This document shows positions 33,796 through 45,647 of a DNA stretch of 64,000 nucleotides, piece by piece. Each line of letters begins with the position of its first letter. Within the stretch, counting starts at the first letter, position 1. The notes under the pieces were generated by a model that was not told the DNA's origin, did not search any database, and worked only from the letters and a program-made list of their open reading frames with translations. Source of the stretch: Mobula hypostoma (taxonomy: Eukaryota). The position numbers and the translations under genes were made by a program. The stretch lies in NCBI RefSeq assembly GCF_963921235.1, contig NC_086097.1:190094001-190158000 (forward strand), in the 5' to 3' direction.

Positions 33796-36029
33796 AATTA
33801 CTTTTACAATATACTTTTATGGTATTTTAAGTTTTATCTGTAAATATTACATTTAGAAGTGGTAATAAGTTTTTTTATTATTTGATTTACATTGCTAAAT
33901 TTAGAGTTGCTGAACAAAGAAACAAAATTAAATAATAAATTGAGACTCAGACACTGCCAAGATTTTTTGAGGCCACTCAGTCTTTCAAGCTCGTTATGCC
34001 CAAGATCAGAAAGATCAGGGTTGATTTGATTGTAACTTTTTTTCTCATTTCCAATAATCTGTGTAAAATATACACATGAGAATGCACACAAAATTATTGA
34101 TATAGAAATTAAATCCTAATAACACTCTCGTCTTTCAGCAGTACTGAATAGCAATTTTTTTTCCCATTTCATAATAAAATAATATTAATTTAATGGCAAT
34201 AACTGGAAACCTTGCAGAGCAAGTCATTTACAAAAGAACACCATTATAATGGAGATTACATTCATTATATTAATATAGGGAATTTTCCAAAGCATGTGTA
34301 CAGAAAGGATTTGTTCCAAAGCTCAGCTAAAGCCATTAGATGTTACATCATGTCTTAACCATTATGTTATCTGTCAGCTTATCCACTTCCACTAAACCAA
34401 GTAAGAAACTGCCAGCAGTTCTGATTCTGAATCCAAGCAAAGCAACGCAATTGAATGACTGCTCATAAATGATTCCGCCTCATGTCACCAAAGGTTTTAC
34501 ACGCTGTGATATTTTTTTTCAACAAAGGAAAATAATTCTCTTATCTCAATGAATATACCCTAGTGAACAAAAGTAGTTCTCATAATTCTTTCCAAATCAC
34601 ATACAAGAAGTTCATTCGGCTCTCTACACCAGCTGTAAAAGATCAGTGGGATCATTTAAGCAGGCTGCTGTTGCCGTTCCTAAAGCACAAATAGGAACAA
34701 ATTGAATTGGTACACTCATGGCTCCTTAAGCTGGTATTCTGGTTGTTGCTATTCATAAATACACCTTCTTGTCAGCAGCTCAAATATAATTTATGATTTA
34801 AAACTGTAGTTATTGCTCTGTTGTAAACATACTGCACGATTTGCATGCATGAGCCCGTATTGTACCTGCTCCATTCCTCCTTCCCCTTTTCCTACAGCTT
34901 TAAAAGGAGCACAGCAGCCAGATCCCCAAAGCAGCCTCCAACCCATTTCTGAGCTGTTTTTGTGAAGCAAAATGAAACTGGAGCTTATTTATTTATTTAG
35001 AGATACAGCACCTAACAGGCTCTTCCAGTCCAGTGAGTCACACCACCTATTTACCATTAGCCTAAATACAGGGCATTTAACAATGGCCAATTAACCCACG
35101 AACCGGTACATTTTGAGTTTCTTCAAAAAAGTTGCAGCCCCAGAGTGCCCCTTCATTTTCTTTGTGTATTATGGTAGTTTAAAGCCAGTGAGATGCAGGA
35201 GTCATGGAGTCCTTTGGCAGCAAAGCCAACCCTTCAGCCACCATGTACATCAATTACTTTTGCCAGTTCTCATGCTGTAGCCTTCTAGCAAGATGGTGCT
35301 GGAGTGTGGTGAACGTTTGCGTGTAAAGGAAATCATCACGTATTTCCGTTTAGAACTACTGGAGCTGCAATCTATAGCCAGACATTACAGTAAGCAACAA
35401 TGTCTCAGGATATGTTGTGGCAATCCATGCACTTGTCCAGATGTGCATCAAATGTTGTGAAGGGACCTGGTTTTATCACCTCTTCAGATTGCAACCAACT
35501 ATCAACTATAAACTGACAGATTGCATCCATTTTTAATTTAGGATCAAGATGCTCAGTTAACTGGGCAGCAGTAACAAACCAAAGGGCTGTGGGCTTCCCC
35601 AGGTTAATATACATTCCAAGCATTCCAACGAAACATAACTGTCAGAATATGCGGTAAGAAAACAGCAAGAGATAGACTTTGGCCTTAACTCTACCGGTTG
35701 TTGCCTATCTCTAGCAATCCTAAAGAAAGATGCTGGAGGCCCTACTGAGTGCAGCTGTCCAGTTCATTAAAGTACTTCCAGAGTCTATCAGGTCGGGAGT
35801 TCTGGGACTTTGTCAAAGCAATGATGATGGAATGCTATTATCTGTCCAAGTCAGAATGGTATGTGCTTGGAAAGAAACATGGAGGTGATGTTGTTGCTAC
35901 CCACAGGCTGCCTTTTCCCTTTTTAAGGAGGAGTTCCTGGATTTAGGTGTAACCAAGGTGTATCGCATACCTGAGGAAAGTTATCCTGGTAGTAGAGTTT
36001 ATGCATGCTGATTGTTTCTTCCTTTAAAG

Positions 36030-37137
36030 ATAATGACATGGATAGTGGAATGGCTGACAGGTAGGAGGCAGTGAGTGGGAATAAAGGGGACCTTTTCTGG
36101 TTGGCTGTCAGCGACTAACAGTGTTCATCAGAGGTCAGTACTGAGACCGCTGCTTTTCACATTGTTAGTCAGTGACTTAGACAATGGAATTGATGGCTTT
36201 GTGGCAAAGTTAGTGGATGTTATGAAGATAGGTGGAGGGGTAGTTAGTACTGAGGAAGCAATGCGATTGCAGCAGGACTTAGATTGGAAGAATGGGCAAA
36301 AAAGTGGCAGATGGAATACAGTGATGGGAAATGTATGATAATGCATTTTGGTAAAAGGAACAATAGTGCAGACTATTATCTAAATGGGGAGAAGGTTAAA
36401 ACATCAGAGGTGAAGAGGGACTTAGGCATCCTCGTGCAAGACCCCCAGAAGGTTAATTTACAGATTGAGTCTGTGGTAAAGAAGCCAAATGCAACATTGT
36501 CATTTATGTCAAGGGGAATAGAATATAAAAGCAAGGAGATAATGCTGAGGCTTTATAAGACCCTAGTCATGTCACACTTGGAGTATTGTCAACAGTTTTG
36601 GGCTCCATATCTCAGAAAGGATGTGTTGTCATTGGAGACAATCTAGAGGAGGTTCACAAGGATTATTCCAGAAATGAAGGGGTTAACATATGAGGAACGT
36701 TTGGCACCTTTGGGCCAATACTCACTGGAATTTAGAAGAACGCATGGTGATCTCATTGAAACCTACTGAATGTTGAAAGGAGTAGATAGGGTGGACGTGG
36801 AGAGGATGTTTCCTATGGTGGGGGTATCTAGAACTAGAAGGTACAGCCTGAAAATTGAGGGGTGACCTTATCAAACAGAAGTAAAGAGGATTTTTTTCAG
36901 TCAGAGAGTGTGAATCTGTGGAATGCCCTGCCACAGTCTGAGGTGGAGGCCAAGTCCGTGCATATATTTAAGGCAGAAGTTGATAGTTTCCTGATCAGTC
37001 AGGGTATCAAAGCATAAGGTGAGAAGGCAGGTGTATGGGGTTGAGTGGGATCTGGGAGGGATCAGCCATGATGGAATGGCTGAGTAGACTCGATGGGCTG
37101 AATGGCCTAGTTCTGCTCCTATGTCTTATGGTCTTAT
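36030..37137 (+). mobile_element. CR1 LINE RT C-terminal half and 3' UTR
   Basis: SVLRPLLFTL.VSDLDNGIDGFVAKLVD; WAKKWQMEY...MLRLYKTLV.SHLEYC.QFWAPYLRKD; tail tatgtcttatggtctta. Confidence 0.9.
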
Positions 37138-37394
37138 TTTGGACAGGCAGCAAGTTTGTAGCTTGGTATTTTTTGCATCTGAACACATCCAGGAAAATGA
37201 AGAGTATTCCATTTCATTTCCATAAAATATTTGTATTTTATGGATGGTGGAAAGCCATCGGGACTGAAGAGCTGAACTGCTGACTACAAGAGGACTCCCA
37301 GGTGAAGGTGAGCAGGCAGTGTCTGTAACAGCAGCAGCATGAGAAGGACTCTACAGAGAATCCCCCCTAAAGTGGCCAGACAAGAATTCATCCC

Positions 37395-39035
37395 AGGCTG
37401 ATTTCATCTACGTGTTCATGGACATCTTCAGCTCTTCAGTCATTCAGACTACTGTTCCCATATGCATCAAAACGGTCACCATCAACTCTGTGCCAAAGAA
37501 CTCTACACCTTCAGAACTAAATGACTACTGCCCAGTGGCATTGATGCCAATCATCATAAAGTCTTTTGAATGGCTGACTATAGCACATATCAACAACTCC
37601 ATTCCTGCCAAATTGGACACACCTATATACTTACCAACAGAACTGCTCTACAACTGATGCCATAGTATCTGTTAAGCACCTGGCTCGAACACAACTAGAA
37701 ACAAGGACACTTACATCAGAATGCTGATTCTGGGTTTCATTTTAGCATTCAACACTATTGTTCCACAGACCTTGGTGAACAAACTCCTACTCAACACACA
37801 CAAAATGCTGGAGGAACTCAGCAGGCCAGGCAGCATCTATGGAAAAAAAGTACAATCGACATTTCAGGTCAAAATCCCTCGCCAAAACTCCTACTCCTTG
37901 GTCTAAATACATTACTGTCCAACTAGGTGTTGGACTCCCTAACCAACAGGCCTCAGATAGTCAAGAGACACAACTATTCCTCCCTTCCCATCTTCCTCAA
38001 CATGGGTGCCCCAAGAGTTTTTTCTGAGCCCATTTCTGTACACTCTGCACAACATTACTGTATGGCCAAGCACCCAACTAATCACATTGTCAAGTTTGCT
38101 GATGACACAAGAGTGGAGCTCATCACTGGCAACACTGAGACCATCTACAGAGAAGAGGTAAAAGAATTCAAACCCTGGTGCCAGGCAAATAACCTCAGTC
38201 TCAGTATCAATAAGACAAAGGAGATGGTTACCCACTTCAAGAGAACTTGCTCCACTCACACCCCTCGGTAAATTGGTGGCACAGCAGTGGAAACTGCAAA
38301 CAGTTTCAAATGCCTGGGAGTGCACATCTCATACACTCATGGTCCCAGATCACATCTTGCACAATCAGAAAAGTTCACCAGCACCTCTATTTTCTGAGGA
38401 GGCGGAAGAGAGCTGGACTATGCATATCTATACTCACGTCCTTCTACAGATACTCAGTAGAGAGCATTCTAATGTATTTCATCACGGCACAGTCTGGAAA
38501 TTGCTCTGTGGTGGACAGGAAGGCTCGAAAATGGGTTGTCAAAACTGCCCAATGCATAACCGACACCAACCTATCCACCATCAAGGACTTAAATACAGAA
38601 AGTTGCCAGAAAAGGGCCAGTAATATTATGCTGATGATGGGCTGTTTGTCCCGCTCCCATCAGGGAGGAGGCTATATAGCATCCACGTCAAGACCACCAG
38701 AATCCAAAAACAGTTACTTTCTCCAAGCAAAAATGCCGGTCAATACCTCCACCATGAACCTACCCCTCCTCACCCACACCATCACGTCTTTAACATTTTC
38801 TGCCAGTCACTTATTTAAAGACACTCCTGTGCCTAGTGTCACTTTATGGACATAATGTACAATCAATCTACAGAATGTATATAAACTATCTTGGGTATTT
38901 ATATTTATTGTGCTTTTTATAGTTGTGTTCTTTATCATAGAGTGTTTTTATTTTGTGCTGTATCGGTTTCAAAGTAACAATTATTTCATTCTCCTTCACG
39001 CTTGTACACTGGAAATGACATTAAAGAATCTCGAA
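37395..39035 (+). mobile_element. Rex1/Babar LINE RT and 3' UTR, decayed
   Basis: FMDIFSSS...LNDYCPVALMPII.KSFE; AFNTIVP; IVKFADDT; LYFLRR.KRAGL...YSVESIL. Confidence 0.88.
37793..37884 (-). mobile_element. 92-bp Penelope-derived insert ending in hammerhead stem II
   Basis: Perfect 12-bp TSD AAACTCCTACTC at 37781-37792 and 37885-37896. Confidence 0.88.
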
Positions 39036-40354
39036 GATAGCTAGCCTCAATGATTCATCACATACATGTATCACAAGTTTTGGAAAATAATTGGGGAATA
39101 GATTCTATGCATTGTCTCTAAGTTCATTGGATTTAAGAAAATCAGTACAGTAAATCTCCATTAATTTAGCACATTTATGACTTTGCCAGTGCAGGAATAG
39201 CAGATTTTCAAGATTATTGGATACTAATACTCCAACTGACTACTAATTTATTTTTTCTCAAAATGTTACACGGTGGTATAATACATCTTCCAGGGAATGT
39301 GATCAATTAAACAGGGCATGGGATACAAAGCCCTGGGAATTTTCAAGGCAATGTGAAAAACAGAACCAGGTGAGTGTAAAGGGAACACAGGACTTGGGGT
39401 TCCAGTGAGGTTAAGGGGAATGAGAATCCCTGTGAGTGTAAGAAAGTGTGGGATCAGCACATAGTGAGCCATCAGGATCTCCCAAAAGTCAGAAAGTTGA
39501 TTATTGGAGTTACATTGTAAATGGACGGTAGTGTTATTTCATGGTCTTGCAAAACAAAAAATTGTGTTGCACAGGCACCAATTTTATATAAGCACTCCCC
39601 TGTGTAAGTTTAACTTTAGGTAATTGTGTAAAACTGACACTGGTCAGTCACTCCGGATACACACAAGTATTTACTGGATGCCTGAGCTGATATCAAGTGT
39701 TTTATACCATTGCCAAAAGTCAAAACTTCCTTTTGTGAAAAGAAGTTTCTAAATTTCTTGCTGTTAGAAAATTACCAGTTTATTGCTGGTATTTTGCTTT
39801 GAAGTTGAATTTTCACCTGTGTCTGTTGGACTAAATATTAGCAGTGTCAAGCAATAATGCTCAATCAAATCACACAAAAGTTGGCCAAAATTAAGTTAGA
39901 AAGATTGGTGGTTTACAGTAAAGTTATCCCTGTAAGAGGACCTGTGCAGTTACTCGTGGGTCCCAGGCTCAAATGATTGCAACTGCCATCAATTTACTAT
40001 ACAGGCATCTGAGAAACGTATCAATTCTGTGTCATGAATCAGTGAAGTTAGTCCTGCAAAGGAGATGAGAGGAATTATTACGCCTCATATGGACACTCAT
40101 GTTATTTGCAAATCATGTTGGTGTTAGGATGGAATGTGCAGATCTCCTTCTCTAGAGAGGGCTGATTGCTTATGAAAACTATTTGTGTCAGGCCATCCTT
40201 AATTGCCTGCGTAATTAATGCCTCTTTCTTTGTCTCTGTTAGTAAAATGGTGCTGGTGGTGTCCTTCTGGGATTGCATACTGTTCTTCCTCTGGCTCTGG
40301 CTGCTGTTCTCACACTGTGGTGCTGTGTAGCAGAAATCATGTGAAAATGAAGCA

Positions 40355-40647
40355 GGCGCCATAGTAGCATAGTGGTTAGTATGATGCTATTACAGCTTGG
40401 GGCATTCCAGAGTTCAATTCCAGTGCCGTTCTGTAAGTAATATCTGTACTTGCTCCCTGTAGAATGTATGGGTTTTCCCTGGGTGCTCTGGTTTTCTCCC
40501 ACAGTCCAAAGTCATACCAGGTAGGTGTATTGGTCATTGATATTGTCCGGTGATTAGTTTAGGGTTAATCACGGTTGTGGGGTTGCTGGGGTGGCATGGT
40601 TTGAAGGGCCAGAAGGGCCTGATCCGTGAGGTATCACTAACTAAATA
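40355..40647 (+). mobile_element. tRNA-derived V-SINE (HE1-like)
   Basis: Box A tagcatagtgg, box B agttcaattcc, V-domain gggttttccctgggtgctctggttttctcccacagtccaaag, taaataaa tail; aaaatgaa repeated on both flanks. Confidence 0.85.
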
Positions 40648-42064
40648 AAATGAAATCTCTGCACTTACTTGGTATGGACTCCAGCACTCCCCTCCCCACA
40701 CCCATTGATAACTACACTGGAAACTCATTTTCAGAAGGCCAGAGGAATTTTTCATCATACTTCTGGTGATTACGTGACTCTTGTGGTAGGACTCTAAATT
40801 GATGTGTAATGCCAAAGGTAACTTTATACCCTCAGATTCATAACTTCTTGATGTGCCAGTAAGGACAGACTCAGGTCTAATGCAATCCTGTGCAAGGTAT
40901 TTGCAAGCCTAGGTTTTCCAAGGCTATGTAAAATGTTACTGGAAGATCTTCAGCCACACTTTTGTGTCTAGATTGCTCTCTCTATTGGAGATCATGAACA
41001 ACTTGGCTCTCAATTTCTTCCACTCAACAAGTTCCTTCTAAATGGCAGCAGCAGATCTTTCCCATGTCTCTCAATTTCTTACACATGACTGCTGCAGAGA
41101 AATCATCTTGGCATTGTTTTCATCAGAAGTGAATTCATTGAGTTTGTTTTCAATGAATGTCAGATGGCATCTCGGGTACTGTGATTTGTGAGATTTCTTG
41201 TCTTCACAAGAATGCAGGGAGCTATTGACTGTACTATAGGGGTTCCCATTAGACCTTTTATCAATATATTTCCCCAAAAGAAGGTTTTCATCAACAAGAC
41301 ATTCTGATGACCCACATCCAACTACAGAAGGGCAGCCCGTGGAGAAAAGACCTTTTATATATTGAAGTAGACAAGATCTATTCTATGGTGCATGAAGTTT
41401 AAGTCTATTTATATCATAAAATTTGGCTGCAAAACTAGTCTGGGTCTGACACACAATGCTGCTGTAATGTGAGTTTTATGGTATAATTTCCAATCTCAAT
41501 CCAAAATCGGGCAATGTAATAGAGAAAATTACTATTTGTTTAAGTTAATTCACAGAGACTGACAAAGATTTTGATCAGACTGCAGTGTCAATTTAAGGAG
41601 GTGATGAAGAGAATCACCATTTTGGCAATGCTAATCCAGAAAGACAAAATAATTAGAAAACAAAACTTAGTCCACTAATTCGGAACAAATCAAAAATGAC
41701 ATTTTTTTCATTTTATAAAGGATCTGGTCATTCTTCAAATATAATTATAACTTCAGTCCTTAAATCAAGTTTCAAAAACTGGAAATGTAGTTCAATGTCA
41801 CCTTCCTTTTTACTACATCTTTTAAATCCTTTAATTTCTCTAATGTTTGTTGCTTTTAAAGCCAGAATCTCTTTTAACTAAGAATATATGGGAAAAAAAT
41901 CCATATACAATTTTCTTGAACCATTAACTTGCAATCATATCTTAATTATAATTTAATTGACAGTGTTAATGCATCTCTTTGAAAATTTACTGAGCTACTC
42001 CCATAAGAATTAATTGAACATATATTTTTATCTCAATAAAAAAATCTCTAAAAGAATGCCTATG

Positions 42065-42910
42065 TATGAATACATAGGAAGATTAAAAATAGAAGCAGGA
42101 ATTTCCCATTCAGCCCTTTTAGCCTGCTCTGTAAATTCAGCACAACCACAATTGATCTCCATTTCAATACCGTTTCAACTTTGTCCCCATAACCCTTAAT
42201 CTCATTGGATTTTTAAATATATCTATCTCTTTCTTGAAGGTATTTCTTTGGCTATCCATCCCATAGAATGATGATGGTTCCTTTCAGTCAGTTAGTGGGA
42301 TTGACCCGATTCCTCAGAAAGGAACAGCGTGTGCGTGAGTGGATTTCAGAGGAGTAGGGGGTTGCACAGGTCCATACCCGCCCTCTCAACATCCCCTCCC
42401 GGATCCAGCTGCATGGTGGGGTCCAAGATGGCTGGAGGAAGTTCTGTTGCAGTGAATGGCCAGACCAAGCTTCGATGCAAGGGATGCCCTTTTCGTGCTT
42501 CACTGCATGCATTTGCTAGATGGCCGTTGACCCTACGGGAGGGTTCATCCGCCCTTTGACAGGTTCTTGTTCTTAGTCCTGCAGGGTGTCTAGCTACCCT
42601 CCTCACCAGGCAAGCCTAGTGAGGGAGCCGGTTTAGTCGCCAACCACCCGACCATGCGACAGGTAGTACTGGGTTACATGGTACCAGTAGCACTCAGACG
42701 AGTGACCTGACCAGCCAAATGAATGACCTGACCATTAAGATATTTAATGACTTGACCTCCACTGTCTTCTGTGGCAGTGAATTCCAAATGTTCACCACCT
42801 TTCAAGTGAAGAAATTTCTTCTGTTTGCAGTTCTAGAGGTCATAGCCAGATCAAGAGATCTGATTATGGGCTCTTCAGCAATTGGGGATATCCTCCCTAA
42901 ATCCAGTCTT
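42065..42910 (-). mobile_element. Old CR1 3' end, split by the 42246-42716 insert
   Basis: Antisense CR1 terminus at 42075; resumes tatttaatgacttgacctccactgtcttctgtggcagtgaattccaaat at 42741. Confidence 0.65.
42246..42716 (-). mobile_element. About 470-bp GC/CpG-rich non-coding insert, probable non-autonomous retroelement (RTE-like ends, tentative)
   Basis: Interrupts a CR1; sharp GC shift; no recognisable protein; minus-strand end ...catcatcattctatgggatggatagccaaagaa; multiple hairpins at the other end. Confidence 0.5.
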
Positions 42911-44299
42911 AAATTTTCATTAGACGAATTACATCTTACTCCTAGGCTCATTATTGACTACAATAACTTCCAATCCAAAGCCTATGCTGTCTTGCTCAAG
43001 ATCGATGACTGAGTACTGAATAAACTCATTCCAATATGTGTAAGTAAGAGGCACTAATCTCATTACCCTTGGTATTTCAATCTAAATTGCTCGGGGCAAA
43101 TGGAAACAAACAATGTAACTTGCCAGCACTGCCAAAAATTCAGAGACATTTTTGGAATTAAAGTGACAACTGATGTAACGTTTGTTACCCAGAAGAACTA
43201 TAAGCCTTAGATCTTTAGCATCTTAACACAACCACTTAGGTATTGATATATTTCAGGATTAATTTCACAGCAGCTGGTTTGGTGCAAAGCTGCATGACAC
43301 AGTAACTCAATGGGAGTATTTGGAATACCAGTTTAAGGATGGAATTGGCAGCTGATGAATAAAGGCAGCCATTGAAGAAGCTTGTACCTTTCTTTGGCAA
43401 TGCTCACATGCTCTGTTGCAGTAAGGAGTTGGAGAGAGATCCTTCTTCATCAACAAAAGGAAGAAATCCCCAGTTCCCACAGAGGAGATGTGGATGAATG
43501 TAACAGAGAGGCTCATGAGCAGGAACACTGCACAAGATTCTTGGATTTAGTACAGGAAATGTAATACTCCAATTAAAAGAAAGTTGACTGCTGTGTACAG
43601 TCATCGTGATGCTGTTGTACATATTATCCAACATTTTATTTACCACATTTACCTCCAGTACTCCTCTTTGTTAATGACACATAGCTGATCATATCATTCC
43701 TCACAGCTAATTATCTTGCAAACACACTAATTCACTTTGTACAGCCTTCCTCACATCCACTTCCATCAATTCACCATTAACATTCTCCCAAATCCTTTTG
43801 CAGCTTGATACTTCTCCATAAAATCTGTTGCCACCTTATTAATCAGGTGATATGCTAATACTGGTGCTAATCGTGTTGTACTAGAAAAGTACAAGATAGT
43901 TGGGGTGAGGTAGGGGAGATGGACTTTGTGCATTAGATATATGGATGGGTTTTTACATATTGATTGACAAGTGTGCAAGAGCAAAGAGTCGACACTGGAG
44001 GGTGCGGCCCGACTCAAATGAAAATCAATGCTGTGGTACAGAGGGTATTGATGAAAAATGAAATCTATGCAGAAGAGCGGACAGTTTAGTGATAATTGGG
44101 CAGGATATTTTACGTGCATTGTCCTTGCTTCCTGAGAAAGTAAAGAACTGTGTTAATGTTGGGAGGTTTGCAAAGGTATCTCTGCATGGGTAGAGCAGCC
44201 AACTTCATGCTAAGCCAGTGAAGATTATATCAAATGCTAGGCTTGTATACTTTTACAGGAATAGGCTAGGCTGTTAGGACTAAGAGGCAAGATGAAAAA

Positions 44300-44757
44300 T
44301 ATACATAAAAGCAAGGAGATAATGCTGAGCCTTTATGTAGAAAATAAAAACAAAGAGTTAATGATAAGCCTTTATAAGACACTAGTCAGGCTAACTTGGA
44401 GTAGGGTGGATGTGGAGAGGATGTTTCCTGTGGTGGGGTATCCAGAACTAGAGGGCACAGCCTCAAAATTGAGGGGTGACCCTTTAGAACAGAAGTAAGG
44501 AGGATTTGTTTCTAGCCAGAGAGTAGTGAATCTGTGGAATGCTATGCCAAAGACTGCAGTGGAGGCCAAATCCGTGTATATATGTAAGGCAGAAGTTGAT
44601 TGCTTCCTGATTAGCCAGGGCATCAAAAGATAAAGCGAGAAGGCAGATGTATGGGATTGTGTGGGATCCACGATCCACTGTGATGGAATGGTTGAGCAGA
44701 TTCGATGGGCTGGATGGCCTAATTCTGCCCCTATGTCTTATGATCTTATAGTCTTAA
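44300..44757 (+). mobile_element. CR1 3' fragment with internal deletion
   Basis: KSKEIMLSLY...LYKTLVR joined directly to RVDVERMFPVVG; tail tatgtcttatgatcttatagtctta. Confidence 0.82.
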
Positions 44758-45444
44758 AAATGAGCTAATTCACAGACTTAGCAGTAAAGTACGAGGTAAA
44801 AGAGGACACGGAAATGAGAATGCTACAAAAATACTTCCATTTTTTTTTCTTACCGATTGACATCTTCTCCTTCTGCCTCAACCATTACCTGCTGCTTCCA
44901 CTCCCAATGGACTTGACTGCTCCTGTACAAGTGATGGTGACATCATTGTCGATAAATCTGTCACAGCTCCAACGTACAGTGTAATCTGGCCAAGATCATC
45001 TCAGCAGTCATGGCAAGAGAGCTTGTACAGTCTGCCTGTACAACTAATGAGCCACATCAACTAGAAATAGTAGCTAAAGAAAGACCAAGGACTTGCACTA
45101 GTGTTTGACAAAACGTTTTTGTAGTTAAGTTTCTATTGATAAATAAATCACATAATATAGACTGGCCTAAACTTTGCTGATTTTCTATGTATAATACTAG
45201 CAACTCCCCACTGAAAATATGGGTTCAAAATCCCCTGTGAAAATGAAGGTCCCAAATTTGTTGACATGTTCTCACTACAAATATCTGTACTGAATTCTGA
45301 CATTTTGTCTCGTCACAGAGACCAGCGGTGAAGCCCAAACTTGCTGTTAAACCTGCACCCACCAAAACAGCTTGATTCATTGTAATGTATTGCTAAAAGG
45401 ACATGCTTGGTTTTAATATGTATTGAAGACTTGCACAAAAATGT

Positions 45445-45647
45445 AAATAATAGAGATTCTGCAGATACTTCAAATCTTGAGCAACACACACAAAATGCTG
45501 GAGGAATTCAGCAAGACAGGCAATGTTTAGGGAGAGAAATAAACATACTCCTGATGAAGGGTTTTGGCCCAAAACATTACCTATTTATTCACCTCCATAG
45601 CTGCAGCTTGATTTGCTGACTTCCTAAAGCATTTTGTGTATGTTGCA
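45445..45647. mobile_element. Palindromic Penelope-derived element with decayed hammerhead
   Basis: Arms gcaacacacacaaaatgctggaggaa.../...ttcctaaagcattttgtgtatgttgc; CTGATGA at 45551-45557, GGG/CCC stem, GAAA mutated to AAAA. Confidence 0.75.

Noticed and set aside
39140..39720. Possible pogo/Tigger-like DNA transposon remnant (tacagtaaatctcc...)
   Set aside because: No matching second TIR or transposase frame could be identified
40355..40430. tRNA gene
   Set aside because: A/B boxes belong to a SINE head; no complete cloverleaf, and it is followed by a V-domain and tail
42590..42716. HDV-like or twister ribozyme call
   Set aside because: A G-U-initiated 7-bp helix exists, but the pyrimidine-rich L3, P1.1 GG, P2 and catalytic J4/2 elements could not be fitted, nor could the twister pseudoknots; kept only as an unclassified structure
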